From a virus, in IMG/VR virus record IMGVR_UViG_3300024336_000009, positions 7,795 to 71,794 of that record: DNA of 64,000 nt. One strand, written 5' to 3'. The notes under the pieces are model-generated. The model worked only from the letters and a program-made list of their open reading frames with translations, searched no databases and was not told the origin of the DNA. Both the position numbers and the translations under genes were made by a program. This document shows, in pieces, positions 41,624 to 50,824 of the stretch (positions are counted from its first letter, which is position 1; every line of letters begins with the position of its first letter).

Positions 41624-41977
41624 TTAAACACTTTCCAAAAATTTGGCTGTTACATCAACCACATTTTCCCGTAGAGCGTCATTAAATATAATCTGATGTT
41701 CCATTTCGATGGTTTCTTCACAATCAAATTCAATCATTATAAATCCATTGTCAACCATTTCTTGAACGTCCCGTTTAGAAAACCAATAAGACATATCAGC
41801 CATGCTACCAACTGCAGTTTTCCAAATCTTACCGTCTGTCCTATGAATATCATCATGGGGCATGGGCATTTCGGCCAGTCTCCTATCGGTTAGTTTTTCA
41901 AGTACTAACTCACCATCAAATTTAACTGTCCACATTCCATCAGTTGTTGCTTTGTGCTCGATTCTGTAAAGCTTCAT
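41624..41977 (-). CDS. Early hypothetical protein
   Basis: AGGAG RBS, 117 aa. Confidence 0.6.
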   Translation of the reverse strand: MKLYRIEHKATTDGMWTVKFDGELVLEKLTDRRLAEMPMPHDDIHRTDGKIWKTAVGSMADMSYWFSKRDVQEMVDNGFIMIEFDCEETIEMEHQIIFNDALRENVVDVTAKFLESV

Positions 41978-41992
41978 AACTTTCTCCTTTAT

Positions 41993-42952
41993 TTAAAAAT
42001 CACCCTCGGCCACTTGAAAACATGGTATTCCGACCACTTCTCTCCAGTGTTCAACCATTTGATCACGGTCATCCAATACGAATAACACGTTGTATTTGCC
42101 CTTGATTTCAGCCTCATATAATTCATCTTTAATGATTGAATCTCGGCGTATATCATCTGGTGCTCTCATGAATAGGTTGTCCCCGTATGTTACTGGGAAC
42201 CAAGTCTTATCAGCGAACCATCGGATTGTTTCATCGCGAGCGTGTCCATCACGGCCTGATAAGAATATGATTTTAACCATATCCTCTTCAGGAATACAAT
42301 GTTCCATATCAGTCCAATTGCAATGTTGGATGAATTTCAACAACTCATGTACTGGTTCATTTACATCATCCTTATATACAGCAGACCAATCGAATGGTCC
42401 CCTGTTGGTCATCTTTGCAATAGTACCATCAATGTCAACCAAGATACATTTTTGTAATGACTCATCCTGTTTGATATAGAACGACCCATTTGTGCTTGGT
42501 GGATAATAGCTCTTAGGAACTATGTTTAAATTCTTGTTGATGAATTTCGTGAAGAATTTTTTAACCACACCCTCTGGAACTTGATCAATTACAGGACGGC
42601 CAGCATTTCTCTTCAAAGCGGTCTTTAAATCTACATCGATATATTTTTCAATTACTTCAACATCACCGACTTTTTCGGCAATTTTGTGCCATTGTTTACG
42701 CACTTTCCCCTTTAAGTTGGTATCATCTGAAATAACATTCAGACCCTTTTTCAATGCCTTTTTGGCCATATCGAATGCAGTCTTAGCTACAACCATTTCT
42801 AGTTCATCCGAATATGCTCCGCCGTTCATCATCATTCTGAGATCGTCGCGGTTAATCCTAACCCAATTTGATGGGTCTTTACGCACTATTTCTTTGGCGA
42901 TAGTGGACTTGCCAGCCCCTGGTACTGCCACCATTATAATTAATTTATTCAT
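41993..42952 (-). CDS. pseT: Polynucleotide 5'-kinase/3'-phosphatase (T4 PseT-like)
   Basis: AVPGAGKST, INRDDLR, DDTN, HAD motif DIDGT, LSGR, LDDR.Q. Confidence 0.88.
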   Translation of the reverse strand: MNKLIIMVAVPGAGKSTIAKEIVRKDPSNWVRINRDDLRMMMNGGAYSDELEMVVAKTAFDMAKKALKKGLNVISDDTNLKGKVRKQWHKIAEKVGDVEVIEKYIDVDLKTALKRNAGRPVIDQVPEGVVKKFFTKFINKNLNIVPKSYYPPSTNGSFYIKQDESLQKCILVDIDGTIAKMTNRGPFDWSAVYKDDVNEPVHELLKFIQHCNWTDMEHCIPEEDMVKIIFLSGRDGHARDETIRWFADKTWFPVTYGDNLFMRAPDDIRRDSIIKDELYEAEIKGKYNVLFVLDDRDQMVEHWREVVGIPCFQVAEGDF

Positions 42953-43185
42953 TATCTAAATCCTCTAGTTTCCGTTGGATATTGCGCGCTTCGAACGCTG
43001 TCCAATTCTTTTCGTAAATATTTGATACAATTGGCCAAATCTCCGTGTTGTTCTTTTGTCGCTTCCCAATCACTAGGGAAGTGACCCATGTCATCCAATT
43101 TAATCAGTTGTTTAATACGCCGTAATTCCTGACCGCATAATTCACAACATACCGATTCGTCATATTCGTATGTTTGATTAGTCAT
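42952..43185 (-). CDS. Small hypothetical protein
   Basis: 77 aa, CELC. Confidence 0.45.
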   Translation of the reverse strand: MTNQTYEYDESVCCELCGQELRRIKQLIKLDDMGHFPSDWEATKEQHGDLANCIKYLRKELDSVRSAQYPTETRGFR

Positions 43186-43187
43186 TT

Positions 43188-43388
43188 TTAATATCCCGAT
43201 TCGTTGTCTTCAATGATTTCATCGATGTTATCCTCGGTGACTTCATCGGAATGCATCTCGTATATGTCAATGTCCACATTTTCCCCACGGATTTCAATCA
43301 ATGGTTGTAAACTTGTCCCGTCGGGAGACGCCATAGCATCCCTTACCGTAATGGTTCCATAATATTCAGTTTCAATTGTCTTGGTCAT
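43188..43388 (-). CDS. Small acidic hypothetical protein
   Basis: 66 aa with GAGGA RBS. Confidence 0.5.
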   Translation of the reverse strand: MTKTIETEYYGTITVRDAMASPDGTSLQPLIEIRGENVDIDIYEMHSDEVTEDNIDEIIEDNESGY

Positions 43389-43390
43389 TT

Positions 43391-43912
43391 TTAATCTTCC
43401 TCATATCCATATAGTTCATCGAGATGTGCCCACATATCTGCAAAGAGTACCCCACGCTTTAGAGCGTATCTGAATGTTGGGTATTCCTTAGTGTATGCTT
43501 TAAACATGCGATGCCCGTTCCTCTTTGACCGGCGGGTGTTTGCAATCCTGTCCGATAATTTTAGAAACGTGGCTCCGTGGCTTTCTCTTGTTTTGGGGTA
43601 AGTTTTCATTCCCCGTTCAATTCTGTTTTTTCCCAATTCGTTGGTAACTCTATATACCAAATCAGCAACTACCGTTCCAACCACCTTTTCCAAATCTCCA
43701 TAGCTGGTATCTGTATCTTCCAATACGTCATGGTTCCATGCCGCTGAAATCAGTTGTTCGTAGTTTTCGGAGAATCCCCGAATTAGATGCTTAAATTCTT
43801 CAACCACGTTTACCACTTCGCTCAAGTGGGTTTCATATGGTTTTCCATCATAGGTTTGATTTGCTATGCTGTGTCTATGTACTGCGTACGATTTTGCTTT
43901 CTCAATCATCAT
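43391..43912 (-). CDS. HD-domain hydrolase of the RelA/SpoT hydrolase (MESH1-like) type
   Basis: H..Q...KPY..H, AAWNHDVLEDT, LKLSDRIAN. Confidence 0.8.
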   Translation of the reverse strand: MMIEKAKSYAVHRHSIANQTYDGKPYETHLSEVVNVVEEFKHLIRGFSENYEQLISAAWNHDVLEDTDTSYGDLEKVVGTVVADLVYRVTNELGKNRIERGMKTYPKTRESHGATFLKLSDRIANTRRSKRNGHRMFKAYTKEYPTFRYALKRGVLFADMWAHLDELYGYEED

Positions 43913-44621
43913 CTTCCTCCAAATAGTCGGTCATGTGTTCGTTTTCAAACATAACTTTTTCTAAAAATTCTGCCAGTTCCTTGATGTGATGGGCCTTAAA
44001 TTCAAATTTGTCCCATTCTCTAATCATTCCAGAGCCTGAATCGATTGAATACTGACCATCGGGCTGAGCTGATAATGTCAATAAAGGTAATGGAACCGTT
44101 GTTGTCTCTTGCCCATAATAGGAACGTTTTTCCATTTCACGGGTTTTACTAGCTATATCAATAGTTCTAGTCCCACGAGTTGTGACATTAAAATTTCCAT
44201 CATCGAATTCTGAAATTGCGTTGTATTTGAAATCTTCAACTTTGTTTTTCTCATCGATTAATTGCCGAATATGTTGCTCATATTGTTTCATCGCGTCGTT
44301 GGCCAATGTGAATATTTTCTTAAATTTACCCAATTTCTTTTCACGACGATCTCTGTGGTACAGAAAAGAAGCGTATCCCGGTTCATATACAAATCTACCT
44401 GGAGACACATTTGAATAAATTTCAGTATGGGTAATCGAAATTCTGAATTCGTTTTCGTTTTCAATTTTACCAGAAGTGTTTTTACCCCAAATTCTGATAT
44501 ATTGGTCTCTTACCCGTTCAATTTCAATCGAAATATACGGACTTTTCTTAAACAATTGAACCAAATTTAGGTTCAAAAATGCTTCTAATTTATCAAATTC
44601 TTGTTTGGTTACTATAGCCAT
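43902..44621 (-). CDS. Early hypothetical protein ending at TGA
   Basis: 239 aa; TGA overlaps the start of the next gene. Confidence 0.6.
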   Translation of the reverse strand: MAIVTKQEFDKLEAFLNLNLVQLFKKSPYISIEIERVRDQYIRIWGKNTSGKIENENEFRISITHTEIYSNVSPGRFVYEPGYASFLYHRDRREKKLGKFKKIFTLANDAMKQYEQHIRQLIDEKNKVEDFKYNAISEFDDGNFNVTTRGTRTIDIASKTREMEKRSYYGQETTTVPLPLLTLSAQPDGQYSIDSGSGMIREWDKFEFKAHHIKELAEFLEKVMFENEHMTDYLEEDDD

Positions 44622-44622
44622 T

Positions 44623-44877
44623 TTATATACTAATTCCTTTAAATGTGGGGAATGCCCGTTTTAATACCAATTTATCCCAATCACTAAATTTTACTTCGGG
44701 TATTAAAACCTTAGGCTTTAATTCCGATGTCATTGGGTTGTGATTCATACCACTTAAAAATATAGTTGCACCCACGGGATATTCAACAAAATCACCCATT
44801 TCGGCGAGACGCAAAAAATCACTCCTAAAAATATCAGTTAATAGTCGTAATTCATTTTTCGTAATATTTGTAAACAT
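44623..44877 (-). CDS. Early hypothetical protein
   Basis: Start moved to the ATG after the GAGGA RBS of promoter copy 3. Confidence 0.5.
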   Translation of the reverse strand: MFTNITKNELRLLTDIFRSDFLRLAEMGDFVEYPVGATIFLSGMNHNPMTSELKPKVLIPEVKFSDWDKLVLKRAFPTFKGISI

Positions 44878-44889
44878 TGGTATTTCCTC

Positions 44890-44951
44890 TCTTATCATAC
44901 CTGAAGATACAAGATAAAAATGACAAAGTCAAGCGTTTTCTGCTATTATTT
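44890..44951 (-). promoter_or_regulatory. Sigma70-type early promoter, copy 3
   Basis: TTGACT-17 nt-TATCTT; identical to copy 2. Confidence 0.8.
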
Positions 44952-45890
44952 TAATTTATTTACCATTTTTTCATTCCATTTGGACATCCAATGATCATCA
45001 GTTGCCCCGACATGACCAGCACGGACACATTTTCCAACCGAATCAGCGAAGTCGTCATAGTGAAATCTGTCAGCCAGACGAACTACATAACCTTCAACCT
45101 CATCACCATCCAACCCATTTATCATCAAATCGTCTCCAATTTCACGAATTATCGATTCGTCATATATTCCTTCATATATTGTAGCGACCGGTGTTAATCC
45201 CAAATCTTCAATATAATGAAGTGTAGATTTCCATGATAAACAAATATTGTCAGCTTGCCATATTGAAAATGCTTGGAAATAACTGTCCAGATATTTATAT
45301 TTGATAGCGTGTTCTGCATATAAATTTTCACCACACACGCGCCACCCTGCAGGGAGACGGTGCCTGATAGAACCATGGATTCCCTTTACATAATTGCGAC
45401 TATTGTGATGTCTACTATCCAATGATCGAGCATGGAAATGGTCGTTGTACATTGTCGTATTCTCACCATCCATTTTCACAGTTACAACAACTTCTTTGCC
45501 AATAAATTGATCAGGATTTTCCATCATCTTGTCATCATTCTGAAGTCCTTCCGACCAAGGAAAATGATACGTTCGTGGGTACTTGAAATATTTTTGTGTT
45601 TTACCCCACTTGTCATAATCCAATCTTGGATCGTATGTCCCATCGGGGAGAATCACTTCTTCAATGCCAATAATTTCCCTCAGATCGGCTGGAGTAATAT
45701 CACCATTTTCCGCTTCCAAGTGATGTTTGGAGCACAATGAGGCCCCATTGTCCAAGTAGTACCCACCATCTTTAAACAGTTTCCTGTCCATTATATGATG
45801 TGCATCGACCGCCTCTTCACCACATATTACGCATAGTGAAATATCACGTTCAAATACCTGCATCCCAAATTCTTTTCTAGTTAGTAACAT
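44946..45890 (-). CDS. HNH-like domain fused to an RNA ligase-family nucleotidyltransferase
   Basis: CVICG..DAHHI..NGASLC..HH; KYPRTYH, KMDGEN (motif I), GENLYA.H, EGYVVR, K.VR. Confidence 0.78.
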   Translation of the reverse strand: MLLTRKEFGMQVFERDISLCVICGEEAVDAHHIMDRKLFKDGGYYLDNGASLCSKHHLEAENGDITPADLREIIGIEEVILPDGTYDPRLDYDKWGKTQKYFKYPRTYHFPWSEGLQNDDKMMENPDQFIGKEVVVTVKMDGENTTMYNDHFHARSLDSRHHNSRNYVKGIHGSIRHRLPAGWRVCGENLYAEHAIKYKYLDSYFQAFSIWQADNICLSWKSTLHYIEDLGLTPVATIYEGIYDESIIREIGDDLMINGLDGDEVEGYVVRLADRFHYDDFADSVGKCVRAGHVGATDDHWMSKWNEKMVNKLK

Positions 45891-46086
45891 TATGTAACCT
45901 CTTATAATCCTCGTCCTCAAATATGATTTTACCATCACGTTCCACACGGACAATATCAAATTTTATGTTTTTCTTAGACGTGAAGTCTTCATTATGTGTG
46001 CCCCAAATGCTTCCAGCATAAGTTAGATACACCCTGTTATTTCTGAATGTCAATGAATCGTATGGTTGTAAATCTTTTAATTTCAT
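45877..46086 (-). CDS. Small hypothetical protein
   Basis: ATGA overlap with the upstream gene. Confidence 0.5.
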   Translation of the reverse strand: MKLKDLQPYDSLTFRNNRVYLTYAGSIWGTHNEDFTSKKNIKFDIVRVERDGKIIFEDEDYKRLHNVTN

Positions 46087-46442
46087 TTTTTTACCCTTAT
46101 TTCTATCTCATATAAATAATCCCAATGGCCACTTGGTTGATATTTTATGACCTTTGGATGATATTTTAATTTGTGCAATGTATCTTCAATCCCGAAGATT
46201 GTATCCATCGCCTGTTTTACACTATCTTTGCGAGTACCCATATTTCCACGAAATGATACCGAAATATTCACAGCCTTTCGTGATCTTCGGATTTCCACCG
46301 ATCCCAATCCAGAATGATATGTTCCATTATCAGCCTGTCTGGCCACCTCTGCAACATCTGTTAAATTATCTGAATTTATTACATCCGATATTGTCCCATC
46401 CATATCTTCTGGTAGTTCAAATAGTGTGTGTTCGTCAGTCAT
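46083..46442 (-). CDS. Early hypothetical protein ending at TGA
   Basis: GAGGA RBS, first gene after promoter copy 4. Confidence 0.55.
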   Translation of the reverse strand: MTDEHTLFELPEDMDGTISDVINSDNLTDVAEVARQADNGTYHSGLGSVEIRRSRKAVNISVSFRGNMGTRKDSVKQAMDTIFGIEDTLHKLKYHPKVIKYQPSGHWDYLYEIEIRVKK

Positions 46443-46462
46443 TTTGTCCTCTTTTCCTTAGA

Positions 46463-46495
46463 TGAAGATACAAGATTATCCGCACAAAGTCAAGC
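46463..46495 (-). promoter_or_regulatory. Sigma70-type early promoter, copy 4
   Basis: TTGACT-17 nt-TATCTT. Confidence 0.75.
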
Positions 46496-46513
46496 TTTAT
46501 TTTGCAATGCCGC

Positions 46514-46536
46514 AAAAAAAACCCCCAATCGGGGGC
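46514..46536 (-). terminator. Rho-independent terminator
   Basis: CCCCC-GATT-GGGGG then T8. Confidence 0.8.
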
Positions 46537-46540
46537 AGTT

Positions 46541-46957
46541 TTAGTTTTCTTTAGATTCTCATTCGGTTACATTAATGATTGTATATATCCGGGTGGGTAT
46601 TTTAACAAACCCAGAGGAGTTCGTAAGCAATAAATTATTTCTGAATTCGTCTCAATCTATTGGAAATGTCTTATCCAGTACCCCATTGTTCTTACGCCTA
46701 ATCACTTCATTAAGAGCGTTAATGGTATATAGTGTATTGGATTGTTTTTTTCTATGCAAGGAAATGGTATCCTTATTTGTAAGGTAATTTTCAGTATCCT
46801 GTTCTATATTGTATGTGCATATCAACTGGTGGAAATTGTCTTCATTTTGAAACACGTATATTTTATTGAATAGTATTTCATGGTAATCAATGATTAAATC
46901 TATCGTATCGTGCAACTGATTCCGTTTTGTGAATGAGCAAAGTAATTGCGTGTGCAT
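46541..46957 (-). CDS. Hypothetical phage protein, TGA=Trp at 46652 and 46559
   Basis: TISLHRKKQSNTLYTINALN; reads through to TAA immediately before the terminator. Confidence 0.65.
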
Positions 46958-46983
46958 ATTGCATTTCCTTTCGTAGCGGGGGA

Positions 46984-48891
46984 TTATTTATTTCCGATTT
47001 CCACCAATTTCTGTTTAAGTTCCGATATCTTTTCTTTAATATATGGAGCATTAGCTGGTGCCGCGTCTTTTAATTCTTCTTTATATTCAGCAATGGATTT
47101 TTTTAGAAAATTCTTTTCTTGAAGTGGTGGCCACTGATCAATATCCATACCATATTGTAGAGCGTTAGCCATAAATGTGGTTTGCACTATTTCCATTGTA
47201 GGTGAAGCTCCTATACCCCTTGATCTGGCCGACATTTTGAATAATGGATATTCAGTTCCATCTTCGTGTTTTATTTTTATAGACCCATCCCTTGAACCGT
47301 CTTTATAATCAATTACCAATTTCGATTCAATTTCATCCATTAACATTTTTTTATATTTATCTTTTTCATTATCTGGAGCATCTCTGAATTTTTCGAGTAT
47401 ATTTTTGGATTTGTTACCAAATATCGTCATCAATGTCTTTTCACTCAATTTCGACCCATCTGGTGGAATACCATAAACAGTAATAAACTTATCCAAACTC
47501 TTATTGGGAGTAATGCCCAATGTTTCATCAATATGAATTCCATGCAAAATATGTTTTTTAAATCCATCTTCAATCTGTGGATTGTCCTTAACGGATTCCA
47601 AAAATCTAGATAGAAGTCTAGCATCAGCATTTCTCATATTATTATATACTTCCGGATTGGTTTCTCTAAAAGATGAAGATTGTGCAATCTTAGCAAACGT
47701 CCTAACATCAAGTCCATTCATTTTCCCAGATTTCCCAGAAATTCTATTTACAAATTCCGAGTCGATCCGTTTTCTATATTTTTCAAAATTTGGGCCCAAT
47801 GTGTCTCGGGCATATTTGTCGTCTTTTAATAATTTTTTCAAAATTTCATTTGAATTTGCACTTTCCGCAAATGCACTGGCACCTTCATTAACCTGTTTTT
47901 TCAAATCGGCAACATATGACTTTTTACCAGCCTTTTTCTTAAATTCTTCAAGATCGGATTTGCTCACCCCACCTTTGGTTAATTCTACCGATATTGTGTC
48001 AAATACTTTTCCATATCCACCATTGCTCAGAAATACCTGTCCGCTCTTTTTAAGGCTTATCCCAACTCTAGTTCCATCTTTTAATTTAACAAACATATCC
48101 GAAGAAGTCCCATGACCAGTAGTATTTATAGCGGAATTTCCTTCTGGAGTATCCCACATAATTTCATCTATATTATCCATTCCAAACATGCTTTCAATAG
48201 ATTTGCCAGACGCGATAGCTGCCGTTACCCATTCTTTAGTTAAAACGGATTCCTTTTTATTAGCAATATCCATTAATTCAGATTCGATTTCATCCATGGA
48301 TTTTCCACTCTTAAGCAATCTCAATGTTTTGTGAACCGCGGCTTCTCCTGCTCTCGATTCCGCTGTTCCGGCACCGACACCCTTTATTCCCGTTTGTTTC
48401 GCCTGAGCTTTAGCACCTTCTTTTGTCATCATTAGAGCGGAGTCGGTTTTTTGATGATCAGTACTAGTCAATTCTTCATGCTTTTTATCAGTGCCTTGAT
48501 CCCCATTGTCCCGACTATCAGATTTTGGCTCATCTTTTCCTCCAGATTCACCATCAGATTTTGCCGGTTCTCCAGTTTTAGGATCACCCTTGTAATAATG
48601 GCCACCCTTTGGTCCAGTTTCGATTTCCGCTCCGGCCGGTGCATCCTTATCATTCTGAACATACACCTTCCCTATTTTTTCATTCAATGTTTTTACATTT
48701 TTCAAATTTGTAATAAATTCATTGATCGTGGGTATATCCCAATCCCATTCGGTTAATATATCCCTAAGTGCCATTTGATGACCAAAATCATTGGGATTTG
48801 GCATTCCATCGTGGACTCTGTAGCCCCACTCTATTAATAGTGCGTCCAAATATTCATCGGTGTTAAAGTCAAAACTCATTTTTTTCTCCAT
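46984..48891 (-). CDS. Large hypothetical protein, possibly virion-internal
   Basis: 635 aa; EWGYRV..GMP, TLNEK, TGPKGGHYY, GISLKK. Confidence 0.6.
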   Translation of the reverse strand: MEKKMSFDFNTDEYLDALLIEWGYRVHDGMPNPNDFGHQMALRDILTEWDWDIPTINEFITNLKNVKTLNEKIGKVYVQNDKDAPAGAEIETGPKGGHYYKGDPKTGEPAKSDGESGGKDEPKSDSRDNGDQGTDKKHEELTSTDHQKTDSALMMTKEGAKAQAKQTGIKGVGAGTAESRAGEAAVHKTLRLLKSGKSMDEIESELMDIANKKESVLTKEWVTAAIASGKSIESMFGMDNIDEIMWDTPEGNSAINTTGHGTSSDMFVKLKDGTRVGISLKKSGQVFLSNGGYGKVFDTISVELTKGGVSKSDLEEFKKKAGKKSYVADLKKQVNEGASAFAESANSNEILKKLLKDDKYARDTLGPNFEKYRKRIDSEFVNRISGKSGKMNGLDVRTFAKIAQSSSFRETNPEVYNNMRNADARLLSRFLESVKDNPQIEDGFKKHILHGIHIDETLGITPNKSLDKFITVYGIPPDGSKLSEKTLMTIFGNKSKNILEKFRDAPDNEKDKYKKMLMDEIESKLVIDYKDGSRDGSIKIKHEDGTEYPLFKMSARSRGIGASPTMEIVQTTFMANALQYGMDIDQWPPLQEKNFLKKSIAEYKEELKDAAPANAPYIKEKISELKQKLVEIGNK

Positions 48892-48907
48892 TCTTTATAT
48901 ATAAATA

Positions 48908-50197
48908 TTACACAAAATAATTATCGATACTTTTCATATCATAATAATTTACGCCCATATCTACAGTTACCAATTTGCCTTGGCTTTCCATAATTCTCTT
49001 AATTCCAATCAGTAATTCCTTACCGTCAGTTCCGTTAAAATCGAATAGTAACGAATCATAAGTGTAAAGTATAAGCTTAGTTTCTGATCTATCCAATATA
49101 ATTTTAATTTGATTCAAGTATTCATGTACATCTTCGAACTCCAGTAATTGTAACATATAATTAAACAATTTTTGTGGATTCATATTTTTTAAATTTGATT
49201 TGTATATGGTTTTCCCACTTATGGGAGACACTACGCTATGCATTTTATACTTATTCCACAACTTCTGTATATACATATTAACTTGTGCAAAAAAGTCGAT
49301 TTTTTCAAATTCCCTATCAATTCCCCCATATAATAATTGAAACGTGATCCCTTTGCCCTCTTTATATTGCTCTGGGGTTAGCTTGTCAGTATCAAAATAA
49401 ATTTTTCCAAGGTAATCGTGGGGAGATTCTGTAAATTTGAATCCTATTAAATCAGCAATGATATACAAGTGATTACCGCTGAAATCATATTCAATCAAGT
49501 ATCCATCCTTGCCAAATCTACTGATATATTTTTTTCTAGTCTCATCCGATTTATTCAATGCCGCGTAATTAGTACCACCATACGCATTTGAAGGTCTCCC
49601 CGTACTAGTGTACATATTGTAATTCGTATATGCCATGCCGTCTAATGTCCGCAATCCCGCCGATTCTATGTATTCCATATTGTCCATATACTGATTATTA
49701 TATAAATCATTTGGTGGTATGAATGTCCATATTCCCAACTCGCCAGCCAAATTTCTGCAATATTCCAAGTGCTTCATTATAGGGATGACCGAGTTCAAAT
49801 TCGATTTTCTATAATGCCTAACGTGAAAAAACTGGTGTGCTGGAGTCGTGATATTATCGATCAACAGCGGCTTGTTGTTCATCTGATAGTGGAGCATATT
49901 AACATCGATTACATTGTCAAATTTGTATATATGATTCATTTCCTTTTTATCGTACACATATTTTTTCTGACCAGTCTCTAATTTGGCCAGAGCGTCATAT
50001 GGAAGATTCAATGATTCTGTATGATCGAATGCCAAAATAGCGTCGGTATCACTTTCTATGGGTTTGACGTATAGGACACATAATTTGTTCTGTAATGGGT
50101 GTACTTTGGTGTCGGACATAATGGGCACTACAATCCACTCATGGGAACCCCATAGTGCCATAAAATCATCCAATTGTGATATTGTTTCAATAACCAT
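48908..50197 (-). CDS. Compact, divergent family A DNA polymerase-like protein
   Basis: TSTGRPS, motif A-like IEYDFSGNH, K.ITFQLLYG, FNYMLQ, motif C-like YTYDSLLFD. Confidence 0.72.
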   Translation of the reverse strand: MVIETISQLDDFMALWGSHEWIVVPIMSDTKVHPLQNKLCVLYVKPIESDTDAILAFDHTESLNLPYDALAKLETGQKKYVYDKKEMNHIYKFDNVIDVNMLHYQMNNKPLLIDNITTPAHQFFHVRHYRKSNLNSVIPIMKHLEYCRNLAGELGIWTFIPPNDLYNNQYMDNMEYIESAGLRTLDGMAYTNYNMYTSTGRPSNAYGGTNYAALNKSDETRKKYISRFGKDGYLIEYDFSGNHLYIIADLIGFKFTESPHDYLGKIYFDTDKLTPEQYKEGKGITFQLLYGGIDREFEKIDFFAQVNMYIQKLWNKYKMHSVVSPISGKTIYKSNLKNMNPQKLFNYMLQLLEFEDVHEYLNQIKIILDRSETKLILYTYDSLLFDFNGTDGKELLIGIKRIMESQGKLVTVDMGVNYYDMKSIDNYFV

Positions 50198-50233
50198 TTA
50201 TACAACCTTTATTATAAGTATCAGCGTATATGT

Positions 50234-50821
50234 TTAAAACCCCAGTTTTTTTTCGATTGCTTCCTTTTTTGTTGGGACATCCTGCCAGTATTCTGTGAAG
50301 CTAATTGATATGAATGTCTCTGGAAATATGTCTCTCAGCAAGTCCAATGCTTTTATATTTGATTCTACCACATCATTCAATTTTCCAGATATGACCCAGC
50401 GTATTTGACCTTTTGTATAATATGGTAATGGATTTCCAAATTGGGATTTATTGATCTCGATTAGTGGAGAATGATTGTCGTTTAATCGTTGAACAAAATA
50501 CCTGTCCAAATATCCATTTTTGATATCTTTTTTCTTCACTTCCACGGCGTATGGTGTTACAAACCAGGTGGATGCTATATTGCCATTTCTGGACTTTTTA
50601 TATTTGGCGAAATCGGTACTACCCTTTTTTAGTGTAATTATTTCTGGAACAATTGTGTCCGTAATATAATATTCAATTTTATCCTTTGTGTAATATATAG
50701 AATATGGCAAGTCGGCTCTAACCCAGTTACCATTGTCATAGGTAAATTCATTTATCCCAGTGATACGACCAGTCAATTTACGATCCATTTTATCTCTTAT
50801 ATTTTTAATTTTTTTTATCAT
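50234..50821 (-). CDS. Hypothetical protein in the tail module
   Basis: GYLDRYFVQ, IRWVISG. Confidence 0.55.
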   Translation of the reverse strand: MIKKIKNIRDKMDRKLTGRITGINEFTYDNGNWVRADLPYSIYYTKDKIEYYITDTIVPEIITLKKGSTDFAKYKKSRNGNIASTWFVTPYAVEVKKKDIKNGYLDRYFVQRLNDNHSPLIEINKSQFGNPLPYYTKGQIRWVISGKLNDVVESNIKALDLLRDIFPETFISISFTEYWQDVPTKKEAIEKKLGF

Positions 50822-50824
50822 TTT

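Noticed and set aside
41041-46495. Repeats as a CRISPR array or att sites
   Set aside because: They are spaced by 0.5-3.3 kb with genes between them and have clear -35/-10 structure.
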